A stretch of 63,049 nt of DNA, the filler included, from Octopus bimaculoides (taxonomy: Eukaryota), in the NCBI RefSeq assembly GCF_001194135.2. It is 3 parts of 3 records of this genome, joined end to end, with 100 filler letters (N's around TTAATTAATTAA, not from the genome) between each part and the next. Parts side by side here need not be neighbours in the genome. Positions count along the whole stretch, not along the records: positions 1 to 16,155 come from NC_068990.1; positions 16,256 to 45,505 come from NC_069002.1; 1 more part is not named here. One strand, 5' to 3'. Shown piece by piece: positions 13,006 to 25,960 of this stretch; the stretch's first letter is position 1; the number at the start of each line of letters is the position of its first letter. The notes under the pieces were generated by a model. That model worked only from the letters and a program-made list of their open reading frames with translations, was not told the origin of the DNA and searched no databases. Position numbers and translations under genes: made by a program.

Positions 13006-14399
13006 TCATCTTCAACTGTATGACGCTTGGGTATCAATAATGTGCTCCGCAAACGCAGTGCGGTACAAATATTTGAGAGGAATTGAATTTACATGCTATA
13101 TTCATGGATGAGTTACAAATCAAGGTAGGAGCGATTTCATATCACAGCATTATGTCGGTGCGTGTATGTCCGAAAAATAGCATGCTTGAAATTCCCCTTC
13201 TCCATTTGTGGCTCCAAATGAGAGTCGGCACACATCATAGGCTGCTGTTTGCAAGGCGTTTGCTGTTGACATTAATTTCTCATTCCACTCACACCGAACC
13301 TAGCGCGCTAATCTAAAACGAACACGTTTTAGATACAGCGTATAATTGTTTCGACAGACAGAATAAACTAAAACAGCTACTATGAATAATGACATATCCT
13401 TTGTAATGTGTCATTTCTATTTATGCTACTGAAATTATTTAAAACGATATTCAGATATCTTTATGCAAAATGTCCTTCACAAATAAATCTTGCTTCGAGA
13501 GTGGTAGAAGCTTTTATATATCTCTTTATACATGAATGTGAAATGCTATTTCATTTGCTCAAGGAGAGCAATCGTAGGTATCCATAGAGACTTGTGGTTT
13601 GATATATATAATCTGTTTTTCGGACTAAGGTAATACATTCATGTTTCTAGATTGAGTAATGTGATTTTTCGGTGGAAAATCAAACTCAAATTCAAGTATC
13701 ATGTGCTTGTATCAAGGAGGTTTTCGTGAAATGATTTCCGCTAGAAAAGCGAAATATGATACAAACATTAATATGTTTGCTATTCAAACGTGATTCTAAT
13801 GTATAGTCCTCGATGTATTCCGTTTTATTTTTCAATAATACTTTAATAATAATGATTGCTTTAGTCTACTTTATGACACTTCATTCATGTTATATATTAA
13901 TATAGTTTTTTATAAGCTTGAGATATTTAACATTACTCTTACCGCCTATATATCCACATATATTGCACCACATCTCTTCACAAGTTTTTGCGCATTTGAA
14001 GCATAACTGAAGTAAATAGTGTCAATATACCAACTTATGCGTCAGTAATCGAAAACTTATTTCCAAAGACACTCAGCTTGAATGAATATATTCATTATGT
14101 TGGCTAGTCGCCAGCACTGTGTTCCGTCGTCTTGCTGTATAACAAGAAATCAAAATATATATAAATTTTCAGCTCATAAAGTGTCATTGACTCTTTGGAA
14201 CAATTGAGTTGTGTGCATGTTGACGAGACATCAATGATTAATGTTCTACTCTGGTGATTAAACGAAAAAAAGGCATTGTTTATCTGATGTCATCATAAGT
14301 TACCATTTGTTACAATGAAAAGCTGCGTCCGTTAATGTAACTAATGTTACACAATATAAGTATAACGAACTAATTATTTTATTTCTGTATAGCAAGAGC

Positions 14400-14435
14400 T
14401 GTCATACTACTACTACAACAACAACTACAACAACA

Positions 14436-14489
<54 letters not shown>

Positions 14490-14520
14490 GCTGCTGCTGC
14501 TGCTACTGCTGCTGCTCTTC

Positions 14521-14551
<31 letters not shown>

Positions 14552-14625
14552 CGTCGACGACCTCGACGACGACGACGACGATGACGATGATGATGACGAC
14601 GACGACGACGACAACGACGATCATA
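14400..14625. repeat. Compound (CTA)/(CTG)/(ATG)/(GAC) microsatellite
   Basis: Visible directly in the sequence. Confidence 0.95.
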
Positions 14626-14789
14626 TATAATTGATATACATCTTTAGAAAGAGGTTTAAATATCTTGCATCAATATTTCCCACATAACTTTGGTCGTGGT
14701 TGCAACATAAATAAATGAACGTGCTTTCGATAAAATGAAGGCGATATAATTACGTGAACACCACACATATAAAACATTATTTACTTCTG

Positions 14790-14960
14790 ATACAGAGAAA
14801 TATACTATTGCTTGTTACAGGGTCAGTGTTCAACTGGTGCTGTATTTTAGCAATCTCGAAAGGATGGAAGGCAAAGTCAACCTCGTAAAATTTGAACTCA
14901 CAACGTAAAAACGGACAAGAAGCCGCTAAGCATTTTTCCATGAGTACTAACGATTCAGCC
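14790..14960 (-). mobile_element. Degenerate SINE copy
   Basis: cgaaaggatggaaggcaaagtcaacctcg...tttgaactca...ctaacgattcagccagc matches the 40176-40407 family. Confidence 0.65.
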
Positions 14961-15694
14961 AGCAAAACGCCTTGACAGAAATAATTTATTGATAACAGAT
15001 TCACGTAGTAGAAGTTATTTAGTTATATAAAGAAAAATAATCTGTTCGTATAGTGAGCAACGTTTAAAGCATTGAAACATTCCGAGTCTAAGTATAACGT
15101 ATTGCAGTCATTAATTATCAATGCACAAGAAACTGATTTGCTTAATAGCATCCACTTATTCTTAAAGCAACTAAAATACAAAACAGCATTGTGCTATGCT
15201 ATATATGTGATATACACGAAGTGTATCTTCAGTATCCTCTTTGTTATGTGATTATTCTCTCTGATATTTCGACAATGTTTGTACTTGTTCGAATGCCCCT
15301 ACCAGTTATATTTTGAATTATCTAAGAAGAACAAGGGATGAAATTCTTCAAATTTAGCTTTCGTATATGACAGGAATTATTTCCATAAAATTTCCACTCG
15401 GTCTTCTATAAATTGAATAAATTCCTTCATCATTAAATCAGCCAAGAATACGAAATGAAGCACACACAAACACATACACACAGACGCACGCACACACACA
15501 CACCCACACACACACCCACGCACGCACACATATATATACAAACGAGAAAGATGGGAAAATATTTTGCTATTATGTATTCACTATTACACATGTTCCACCA
15601 TTGACTAATATGAATTCGAGCATTTTATATGTTAGATGGAATTGATTCATCCTGTCTCCATTATACAAACACACGCAAACCCACACCCACACCG

Positions 15695-15739
<45 letters not shown>

Positions 15740-16155
15740 ACTCACAAACAAAAAATATAGATATACTTCAGTAAAATAATTATAATTAGACGCTATTATA
15801 TTTTAATTTCCCCTTGTCTAAACGAAATGAACATCAACATTAACCTTTTTATAAATGCGATTCTGTTCGTAAGTCGGGAAAATAATTTCAATGTTTGTTA
15901 TTATAAATTAGAATCTATTCGCTTCCTCACATTTGGCAAAATATCTCTGACATAGTAAATATGTATCTATAATTTTTGAATATCTTTTTATGTATTTTTC
16001 ATTAGAATCATAGTCAAAGTACATTATTTGGACATGAACATTTTCATGCTCATTTGTTTCTCACATGCAGAAAATCTTTTCACTGATATTAACTTTACCG
16101 AAGTTTCTTTAGTATTTTGGAAAAGATGCTACGAAATTTAATGTGTATATATATG

Positions 16156-16255
16156 NNNNNNNNNNNNNNNNNNNNNNNNNNNNNNNNNNNNNNNNNNNNT
16201 TAATTAATTAANNNNNNNNNNNNNNNNNNNNNNNNNNNNNNNNNNNNNNNNNNNN
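16156..16255. other. Artificial scaffold-join spacer (44N + TTAATTAATTAA + 44N)
   Basis: Exactly 100 bp; identical design at 45506-45605; the 12-mer has stops in all six frames. Confidence 0.9.
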
Positions 16256-17799
16256 TATCGCCAAATCTTCATCCTTTGTCCTCTCATTCGAAACTTAAGG
16301 AAGGTAACAAATTTCCTAGAAAAGAAATAAGATGTTTATCCAATGTTGTGGCGTTATTGAATCCGAAGACTTAGTTTTGGGAAATTTTAGTAATACACCA
16401 GTTCTAATTAACTCCAGCGCTTTATTTTATCGACCCGGGTGAACAGCATACTAGGATTTGAACTTGGGATTTTAAGCTCCACAATGATGATGACGATGTT
16501 GGCGATGAAGTTTACAAAAGCTGCTGTTGCTGCTGCTACTACTGCCACTGCTGCTGCCGCTTGAACTACAGCTGCAGTAATAGATTGTTCGAGCCAGCAC
16601 GTGTGGCTCTCTCACGGTCACTCTCTGCGTTAGAAATAGTAGTCAAATCTTCCTCAAAACTACAACTTGCCTTTAAAAATAAAGAAGTCTACATGAAACT
16701 ATTAGAATTTTCGTATAGAAACAGAATGATCACCATTGGAAAACCGTTTGAATAATTATCATGGCTCTGGTGCTAAACATCAAGTACTGTTCATGATGAC
16801 GATAATACTGTTAATGCTGACAAGGAGCTGAAGGAGAGGATGCAGTATAGTGGTAGCAGTTGTGGTTCCACTCTTAGCTACAATCGCAATACAATTTTGT
16901 TGGCCCAGGTCAGTTCAAGTAGTGCAGACACCATCAAAGTGTTTCAGCTCTGGCCTTTCCAGCTTTTATTCAGACCCTTAGTAGTAGTAGTGGTGGTGGT
17001 GTGGTAGTAGTAGTAGTAGTAGTAGTAGTAGTCGTCTAAAACAAAAGGATCACACCACATCCCCAACTTTTCTTTTGATCCAGTGACCTCGTGTGATATT
17101 TGTTGCCTTTTCAGTTTAATTGATGCATTAATCCTTCACCGTTTTCATTCACGAGTTTAGCTATTGTCATTGTCGTCGTCCTTGTTGTTATTGTTGTTGC
17201 TGTTTCTTCCCCCACCCTTAGACTTTCCCTTATACTGCAGGCCATTGATGAAAGACGTTCCAGCCACAAACGGAGACAGCCCACTTTTTAAATTTTCTAA
17301 ACTTACTGTACATGAAGGACCGTGTTGCTGTCTTGAACGAGCGAGGCTGCCAAAACATGGTCGCTAGCTGTATTGGCAATAGCAACCAAACTTCACCTAA
17401 ACATTCTCCCTACTTTAGTAGAAAATTAGACACATTTTGGTTAATGGGTTTCAAAATCTGCAAAACTAACAAAAAATCTTAATAGTCAGAGGAGTTACAG
17501 CTAGTAAACCTTTGATCAAAAAAATCACATCGTGGTGACATGTCTAAATCGCATTTTTTTAAACGATTGAAACCGGTAACATATTTTCGTAAGAATATAA
17601 ATACTTTTTCTTTATTTTTATCCATGATAAAATTCCTAAAAGATTTTGTTTTTCATTTCAATACAACTTTATTTGCATGAAACCTCCTAACTTTTTCAAT
17701 ATATGTGTGCTTGTCTGTCTGTATGTATGTATGCATTTATGCATGAAATCATGTGTGTATGTATGCGTGTGAAAAAGGAGAAATTGATCTCGATCTCCC

Positions 17800-17885
17800 T
17801 CTGTGGCTGTGTGGTAAGAAGCTTGCTTACCAACCACATAGTTCCGGGTTCAATCCTACCGCATGGTACCTTATGTAAATGCCTT
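17800..17885 (+). mobile_element. 5' fragment of OK-like SINE
   Basis: gtggctgtgtggtaagaagcttgcttaccaaccacatagttccgggttcaatcc (A/B-box-like head). Confidence 0.75.
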
Positions 17886-17889
17886 CCAG

Positions 17890-18290
17890 TGTAACCTTTG
17901 ATTCAATAACACTGTATATAAACTCTGTATTTGGAATGACCAATTTCAAAGACTGTTGGATTTTACTCATAGGGTATTGGAATCTTAATGATCGATTTAC
18001 AAAGGCAACGACCAATCTTAAAAACAATTGGATTTTACTCACAAGGTATTGGAATCTTATATGTATACCATTCTACCTAAACAATGGATTTACAAATACA
18101 ATATCCCTACATTCACTCTCTATTTCCTATTTTAACTAAACTAAGTATTGCTTAATCATCCTCTCACACCGTCTCTGATGAATGGATATAGTAAATATCC
18201 TGGAAACAGCTGTAAGACATTCTATTTATAAATCTTCTATATTATGCACAGCCTTGGTCTTTTATTTCATTACGAAAAGTAAATCCTTAT
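17890..18290 (+). mobile_element. Probable Penelope terminal-repeat region, with a 72-bp-period partial duplication (17938-18059)
   Basis: Adjacent to and inverted relative to the Penelope ORF remnant; carries the HHR at 18171. Confidence 0.55.
18171..18218 (+). ncRNA. Minimal type I hammerhead ribozyme motif
   Basis: gtct-CTGATGA-at-ggatat(agtaa)atatcc-tg-GAAAC-agct-GTA-agac; stem I gtct/agac; palindromic stem III ACAGCTGT. Confidence 0.7.
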
Positions 18291-18349
18291 ATATATATAT
18301 ATATATATATATATNNNNNNNNNNACTCATGACACTAAAATTTATTTAA

Positions 18350-20045
18350 ATACGCATTTTCTAAAGAACGTTGTTTTGTCCATGTTGTGTGTGAAGTTTA
18401 TGAATGAATGATTTCACAAGTAGAAAAATCTAAGCGGAGGTAATTGTTCAGCTTTCGGTGGGTGGGGGTGATATATATTGATATATATATATATATATAT
18501 ATATATACGCAAAAATTCAAAAACTTGAGTAGTGATGAGCATGTAATTAAAATATGTAAAGAGATCAAAGTTGGTTATGCATGCATATTTAAACGTGTTA
18601 TGTATTTTTCCTTCAAAACAATTTTCGTTATTTAAACTTTCTTGCAAAGAAATTGTATCTTTGCACTGGTAGAAGGGGAAAACTGAAAAATTGGATTTGA
18701 TTTTAACTGCACATTTCTCTATGTGTTCACTTAAAGGAATTTGTCTGTATTGTGGGAACCGGATCTGCTCTTTATGTAGAGTGGTTCTCCGTCTCAATGT
18801 CATACTCGTCTGTCCTATATAGTGATGTCCACAACCCGAGCAGGTTATTACATAAATTAGGTTCTCAGAGGCACAAGTGTAATTGGTTTTAATTGTGAAC
18901 CTCTCTTCTTGTTTGAAAAGGAAATCCAAGCCTTCAAGTAGGCTGGGGTACGTTCCACAGTTTGAGTGTCCACATTTCTTAACCGTTGGTTTCGTAGTTG
19001 TTAGAAGTCTCTTTAGTGATTTGTGTTGCTTCTGTATTTGATGAGTTTATGCGCTTTCATGATGTTGTTCATTTTGGGGTCTCTAGTTAGTAAAGGGAGA
19101 TTTTGCACAATAGTGTTAAATGCCTCATTGTTTCTTGGGTTTCGGGCTGCTATATACAATAGTTTTCTTTTTAAGATGAAGTATGGTGTTATGTTTCGTT
19201 GTCCCTAATGTTTTTATGCCAAATTTCTTCCAGCGTCTATAAGTGAGGGTGGATATTGTCTTTTACTTAGTTTTGTTTTGAGGTCTTGAAGACGAAGGTC
19301 CCGAGCAGTTCTATCAGACACTAGTGTGCAAATATTGTTTCGAGTCCTTTGGCTTATGATAAATGTCAATTATAATTTGGTTGATGACTTTTTTTATCAT
19401 AATATCCAAAAATGAGAGTTGTTCTTTGCTATATTCCATTATTCCATTGTGAATTGAATGTTACTATTTAAATCATTTAGTGTTGATTTAAAGTCCAAAA
19501 GTTTGTCAATGGTCCCTTTCCAAATGATAAAACAGTTATCCAGGTATCTTTTCCAGCTTTCTCTCATGTAATGGTGAAATGAATAACCATATTTTTGAAG
19601 TGACATTTCATACATGGCGAATTCGAAATAACCCATTATCAGGTTCGCAAGAACAAAGGCTGATTTCGTTCCCATCGCAATTCCGCATTTTTGACGATAG
19701 TATATATCATCAAATAGAAAATAATTGTTCTGACGTATGAATTTTAAAGATTCAAGAATAAATATCTGATTTATGCGTTCCGGGAGTACTTCGGGATACT
19801 TTTCCAACCAGTCATGTGGGATGTTGGTTCAAAAATCGATAACATCGAAGGAAATCAATAATGCCCCTTCATTAATCGTTTTTAGTAGGTGTTCTAGCAT
19901 GTCTAGATCGTCTCTAATGAAACCTTTGATGTGTTTCAGCAAGGGTTTCAGTAGGGTGCCTAGAAAATTGCTTAGGCGGTGGGTTTCACAGGCTGGGCCA
20001 GCTATAATGGGCCTTAAAGTTAAGTCTTCTGTATATATATAGTCA
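18350..20045 (-). mobile_element. Penelope-like retroelement, decayed RT + GIY-YIG
   Basis: RT: GIAMGTKSAFVLANLIMG...WKRYLDNCFIIW...IQFTME; GIY-YIG: TCASENLIYVITCSGCGHHYIGQT. Confidence 0.92.
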
Positions 20046-20380
20046 CAACGAGGATATATAAACCTCTTATGAGGATGGTCTCATCCAAGTTACTCTGGTT
20101 TAATATATTATATTGTTGAGAGATATCTCTTCAAATAAAAATAGGTGTATTATAAATATCAAATATTTTAAGTAAAAAAATGGAGAGAGTCAATGGGTAT
20201 AAATTTATTTATTAACATTTTTGATAAGGCCTACCATTGTTTTAATTCATGCTCAATACAAATTACACACCTATAGAATAAAACAAGCTTGCATTTTGAA
20301 TATTTAGAGTAAAATATCTCCAGGGCCAATGGACATTAAACGAACTACATGTTCATCAATTGAGATTCTCCAACAGACTA

Positions 20381-20546
20381 AGTGGTTGTGTGGTAAGTAG
20401 ATTGCTTACCAGCCACATGCTCCTGGGTTCAATCTCATTGCGTGGCACCTTGGGCAAGTGTCTCCTACTATAGCCTCGGGCCGACCAAAGCATTGTGAGT
20501 GAATTTGGTTGACGGAAACTAAAAGAAGCCCGTCGTATATGTGTAT

Positions 20547-20579
<33 letters not shown>

Positions 20580-20778
20580 CATGTATATTTGTGTGCCTGT
20601 GTTTGTCCCCCCCACCAACATCGCTTGACAACCGATGCTGAGTGTTTACGTCCCCATAACTTAGCGGTTCGGCAAAAGGGACCGATAGAATAAGTATTCG
20701 GCTTACAGAGAATAAGCTCTGGGGTCGATTTGCTCGACTACAGGTTGTGCTCCAGTATAGCCGCAGTCAAAAAAGAGT
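20381..20778 (+). mobile_element. Near full-length OK-like tRNA SINE
   Basis: Head gtggttgtgtggtaagtagattgc...gggttcaatc, core gcgtggcaccttgggcaagtgtc, internal (TA)/(TG) tract, conserved tail. Confidence 0.85.
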
Positions 20779-20894
20779 ATGTTTGTAATTTTACTGAGTG
20801 TGAATTGAAACAATTGTAGGTCTTATTAAAAATGTCAATAAATAAATTTATATCCATTGAATCTCTCCATTTTCTTTCTCAAAAAATATATGTG

Positions 20895-20979
<85 letters not shown>

Positions 20980-21189
20980 TTATGAATACATAACTACACT
21001 CAGTTACACACACACATACACTCATTAAACACTAAATTTCTAACATATCAACTAATTTTCGAAGAACAGCTAAAGTCCTAGAATGTTCCATAACGGTACA
21101 CCGATAAAACAGTATACCAGAATAACGGCGTATAACCTTTGTATTCTTCTGCCACCTCATTGTTTCTTGTTGCCTACCGTTTCTTAACA

Positions 21190-21800
21190 CTATCATCCGC
21201 TGCTAGAGCCATTTTTCTCATATTCCCAGGAGTTGAATTTACACCAAGGTGGCCTTGCTAACTCAATAAACAAAAGAAATAAAAGCAGATCAGTCTGAAA
21301 TCGTGCATACTTTGGGAACATACATAATATATTCTCAAGCTGAAGTTTCTTTCGCATTCTGCTGTTGACACATGAATTGTGCACACAGCCTTTGGCGACA
21401 GCTGAAATTCTTCAGAAACTCTCTTCTCTTTAAGTCTCCTTAAATTCTCTTTAGACTTTGATACAGAACCGATGATTTTGTTCTAACATTTCTTGTATAC
21501 CAGTATCTCTAAAGATAAAAACTGAATTTTCTACAATATTGTCATTATCTAAATATTTCACTTGGTTCATTAACTCTGACGCTTATCGTTAGAAGCTGTC
21601 ACAATTTTCAGTAACCAGTATTCCAGGTTATTAATCAAACTCCTCAAAATCTTTTTGTCGGTGTATAAAAGGTACTTCACCCTTCTTGACAGGCCATTAA
21701 ATATCTACAGTTCTGTTTCCGTCTTCACTTGAACATTGTTCCGTAGTTAAGGACCATGATATTTTGGTTTTGTATATAACTAACTAAATTCCGAGCGAAT
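21190..21800 (-). mobile_element. hAT transposase C-terminal (dimerisation domain) remnant
   Basis: Minus strand KAVCTIHVSTAECERNFSL (hAT S..CER.FS motif), then after a frameshift LLFIELARPPWCKFNSWEY. Confidence 0.65.
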
Positions 21801-22539
21801 ACATGGTTATACACTGGCTGTTTGTGTTCTGTTTCGAGTTTTGATATAAAGGGCTATAAAAGTTAGCAACCTATTTGCGGACAGAAACAATAAAAGTAGT
21901 GAGAATAATGAAATGTTTTTTCTGTGCACGGTGATATATATTTACAATTGTTACCTTTCACAGCGAAACATAATTTAAAAACATAATGTTGGTATTTTTG
22001 TATTCGAATTCAAAATTAATACAAAATAGAACGACTACCACTCTCAAACAGTTTTTTACTATTAATTGTAGTAGATCCAGTAATCACAATTCCAAATTGT
22101 TCAAAAATTGTATTCGATTCTCCCGATACGGTGTACAATTCCTACAATGGTTTGGAAGACTGCTGGACGTACCTTAAGTTAAGCCTATTTCTTTCTTGCA
22201 GCTCAATATCTTGTGAGACATGACCAGTCTTTTGTACAATATAATAATACTATCATGCAGTTGCTAAGAGTTGACCTGGTTTTTCTTTCTTATTTTTCAG
22301 ACACACAGACACTGCATTGTCGATTATTTTTCAGCAGCTGTTTCATTGATTTAGCATTACTATTATCATTATTATTATTATCATGTTGTTTTTTTTCTTC
22401 TTTCTTCAATTTTTCTTCCATTTCTCACCGAGTGTTTTCCGTACACCTAGGGCAGAGAAACTCGTTGTATGCATTCCCAGTTTACACACGCAAATTCACA
22501 GGTAAAACATGTATTTAAGAAAAAAAAAGAAGAAAAATC

Positions 22540-22870
22540 ATGAATGGATGTTGTTTTCACAGCGATAATGCTCTTCTCAGTACATGAGTCGTTCCAGTTA
22601 GCACGATTTTTTGCACTTCCTGTAGGGATGGTAAGCCTGGTATCATTTTCAAATAGGTTTCAGTACCTTTTTTTTATCATTCCTAGAGATCCTACAATCA
22701 CTGGTATGGTAGTCGCCTTGAGGTGCCACATTTTTTCAATTTCTATTAGCAAGACTTTATATTTACTGATCTTGTCAAATTCTTTCGCCGCTATATTATG
22801 ATCAGACAGAATACTCATGTCAATTAATAAACACGTCTTCTTTGTCTGATCTTTTATAATAATATCCGGA
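22540..22870 (-). mobile_element. R4/Dong-like RLE C-terminal fragment
   Basis: PDIIIKDQTKKTCLLIDMSI...KISKYKVLLIEIEKMWHLKATTIPVIVGSLGMIK...QKIVLTGTTHVLRRAL. Confidence 0.8.
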
Positions 22871-22927
<57 letters not shown>

Positions 22928-22935
22928 TACTACTA

Positions 22936-23690
22936 TTTTCGTATACGCACAACGGATTAGACTGTTGGAAAAAATTCATAATGTTTTGCTACAACAACTA
23001 ACCGTAGATGTCAAGCACCTTTCTAAGTATCTTAGCTGTCAATAATAACATTGATTTCTGGAGCTACACTGAATTAAAATTTATACCTATTTCCTCTATC
23101 CGTCTATTCAAATCTTTAGGGATAGTTCCTAATGCACATTATAACTACAAGGTTACATTTTACCCGAACATTCCATAGCCTCTGTAACTCAATGGCTAGG
23201 CCCTGGTATTTTGCTATTTTCTCTCTACCTCTCTTATTGACTTTCTCATAATTTGAGACTGTAAAGTCAATTATCTGGCACTTTCTATTCTCTTTGTCTA
23301 CTACTGCTAAATCAGGCCTTCTAATTTCTGTTACACTGTCAGTTTCAATGTTGAAATCCCACATTTTATATTTCTTACTTTTTAGTACTTTACTAGGTCC
23401 ATGTTCATACCATTTATCAGTATGTTCAAATCCTAGCTTTCTGCATGACTCCCAGTAGATTACTCTCCCTAGGTTGTCATGTCTTTTCTGGTATTCTTTC
23501 TGAGCCAGCAAATTACATTTACAAACTATATGAGTAAGACTGTCTTCCTTTCATTTCTATAACCTACATTGGGAATCTACCTGATTTACGTCTAGCTTGG
23601 CTGATATCCAATTAGTCGTCAATGTTGAATCTTGCGCTGCTACTAACAAACTTTCTGTCTCCCTTTTCAGACTTTCTTTCAACAAAAACA
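22936..23690 (-). mobile_element. R4/Dong-like 3' fragment (zinc finger + RLE) ending at an (AAT)n tract
   Basis: LAQKEYQKRHDNLGRVIYW...WDFNIETD...RRPDLAVVDKENRKCQIIDF...AKILRKVLDI. Confidence 0.85.
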
Positions 23691-23942
23691 ACCATGTATC
23701 ACTACTACTATTTTATCTTTCTTTTCTCCCTGACTACCTGAATATGTAAACATAGCTTTTATTGCAACAACACAATTAAATGCACGAAAAGGAAATTAAG
23801 AAGGTAAGCAGCTGCCAATATATGCAAACTGGACAATTACAAAAGTTGTAAACCACGGCAAAACTTATAAAAAGAAAAGGAAGGAAAAAAACAAAATAAT
23901 TTAGTAATTCAAAAATTCAACGATGTGAACATCAGTGTGTGC

Positions 23943-24005
<63 letters not shown>

Positions 24006-24006
24006 G

Positions 24007-24056
<50 letters not shown>

Positions 24057-24057
24057 G

Positions 24058-24555
24058 AAAGAGAGCAGCGAATGCCATCAAAGTGACACTGGGGTAAAAT
24101 AAACGAAACCCAGTATACCCATCATGACTATCCGTCTGGTAAGGGTACATCAGGCACGTGCATCACAACCATATGTAAGCGACATGGTGATCTCATATAA
24201 TGAGTGACAGCGATTGATCTTGCAGGTGAAGCTTAGTTAGAATTTTCTTCAAGTAGCCCATCCCGCCCAAAAGTTCACTGTAAAAAGGTTGTTTAGAGAT
24301 GTTGAACAAAACACCCATGTTTCCAAACCTTAAAGAAATCCTTTCAACACATGGTTATGATGCTCCCCCACTACTTTTGCACTAAGGGACTTGCTTAACT
24401 GGTTAAGGTCAAACAACTGATATGCAAATCTGTGGTATTGAGTAGAATATTTGCTGTAGCTCATCTCTTTTACCAAGACAAAACAATGTACATGATAACA
24501 CTTCCAATCAGTTAAGATCAGAAGACATGAGAGCCACTGCCTGGTACTCCATCAG
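24058..24555. repeat. Dispersed non-coding repeat between ATT tracts
   Basis: Part of it recurs, inverted, at 27-86; flanked by (ATT)n. Confidence 0.55.
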
Positions 24556-24579
24556 GGCATTTATTATTATTATCATTAT

Positions 24580-25960
24580 TATATGTTTGACTTTTGCTTT
24601 ATATTTGTACAAGATGGCACCATGTTCATGTTGGTGTTATGCCTAGGGTGTCATATATTTGGTTTTGCACATAGTATTGTTTTAGAGAGTGTTTAAGGGA
24701 ACAGAAGAAAATTATGAGCTTGTTTCAAAATTTGAGATTACATAGACAGTATTTTACGTAGGGTATAGGCAGTTCCCACGAGCACTATCTTTTGAATTTC
24801 TACCATTTGGAGGTTTCCTGGTATCTGGGCTAGGTAGGAAATAGCCCCTTTTGCTATCATTCCTAGGGCACCTATGACAACAGGTATGGTTTTAGTCTTG
24901 AGGTTCCGAATTTTGCCAACTTCTATTTCAAGATCTTTATAATTGCTCAGTTTTTGGTAGGGCTTAACACATACATTCATGTCGATTGAGACAGTTATAT
25001 CAATGAGGAGACATGATTTTTATCTGAAGTCATTCAATATAATGTCTGGCTTATTCGCATCTATCTTTCTGTCAGTTTGAATGGTGAGGTTCCAGAGGAG
25101 TGAAATGTGATCATTTTCAAGCACTGGGAGCGGTTTGTTTTCCCACCAGTTTTTATCATGAAGCAGGTCCAGGTTTTTGAAAACTACCCAGTGAATATAT
25201 TGTGCTGCTCTATCATGCCTGTTGAGACACTCTGGAGGCGCAAGAAGACTGCACATGGAGACAACATGATCAATAGTTTCATTTTGTTGGAAAATGCCAC
25301 ATGAAATTCTTACATCTTACAAGAGATTCATTGTCACTGTTCAAAGTCACTGTGGTTCTCCATGATCTCATACTCATAGACAAGAAGTTTCGCGGAGCAG
25401 GTGTTATTTTATACTTTTCCAGACGTTTCTTAATCCATCTATGTGGTAAACTATCAAATGTTTTTTTCTTTTCATAGTCTATCCAGGCTATCGACAAGTT
25501 ATTGTGTCGTTTGTGACAATCTTCCAAGATCATCTCATTGATGAGTAGCTGATCTTTACAACCACAGGATCCACGTTTACATCCTTTTTGCCCATTTATT
25601 ATTATTACTACTACTACTACTACTATTATTATAATTATTATTATATTATTATCATTATTATTATTATTATTATTATTATTTGCATCTTTCACTGCTTCCG
25701 CACTTATTTTGTCACCCAACTTCTATATTGCCATTTACCCCTGACGAAAGCAATGAACTCTTTGTGTTGATTCAAGTCCAAGGTGACAGCGATTACTACA
25801 CACACTACACACAATTAACCAGAATATTCTTTCTTTTAAAGTACATTTCTTGTATCCACCAGCCTCGAAGATCTGCTCTTCAACATCTTTTTTCCAAATG
25901 TCATCAGTTACGCAACGTCAGGCGAAACAGCAGCGAGTAGGAATGAGATCATCCTTTTCA
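24580..25960 (-). mobile_element. Internally deleted R4/Dong-like element (RT N-terminal part + RLE), with (AAT)n inside the RT
   Basis: QKGCKRGSCGCKDQLLIN...SIAWIDY..KTFDSLPHRWI; RHDRAAQYIHW...LLWNLTIQTDRKIDANKPDIIL; KYKDLEIEV...IPVVIGALGMI. Confidence 0.88.

Noticed and set aside
16200-16211. TTAATTAATTAA between N runs (also 45550-45561)
   Set aside because: Synthetic scaffolding spacer, not biological
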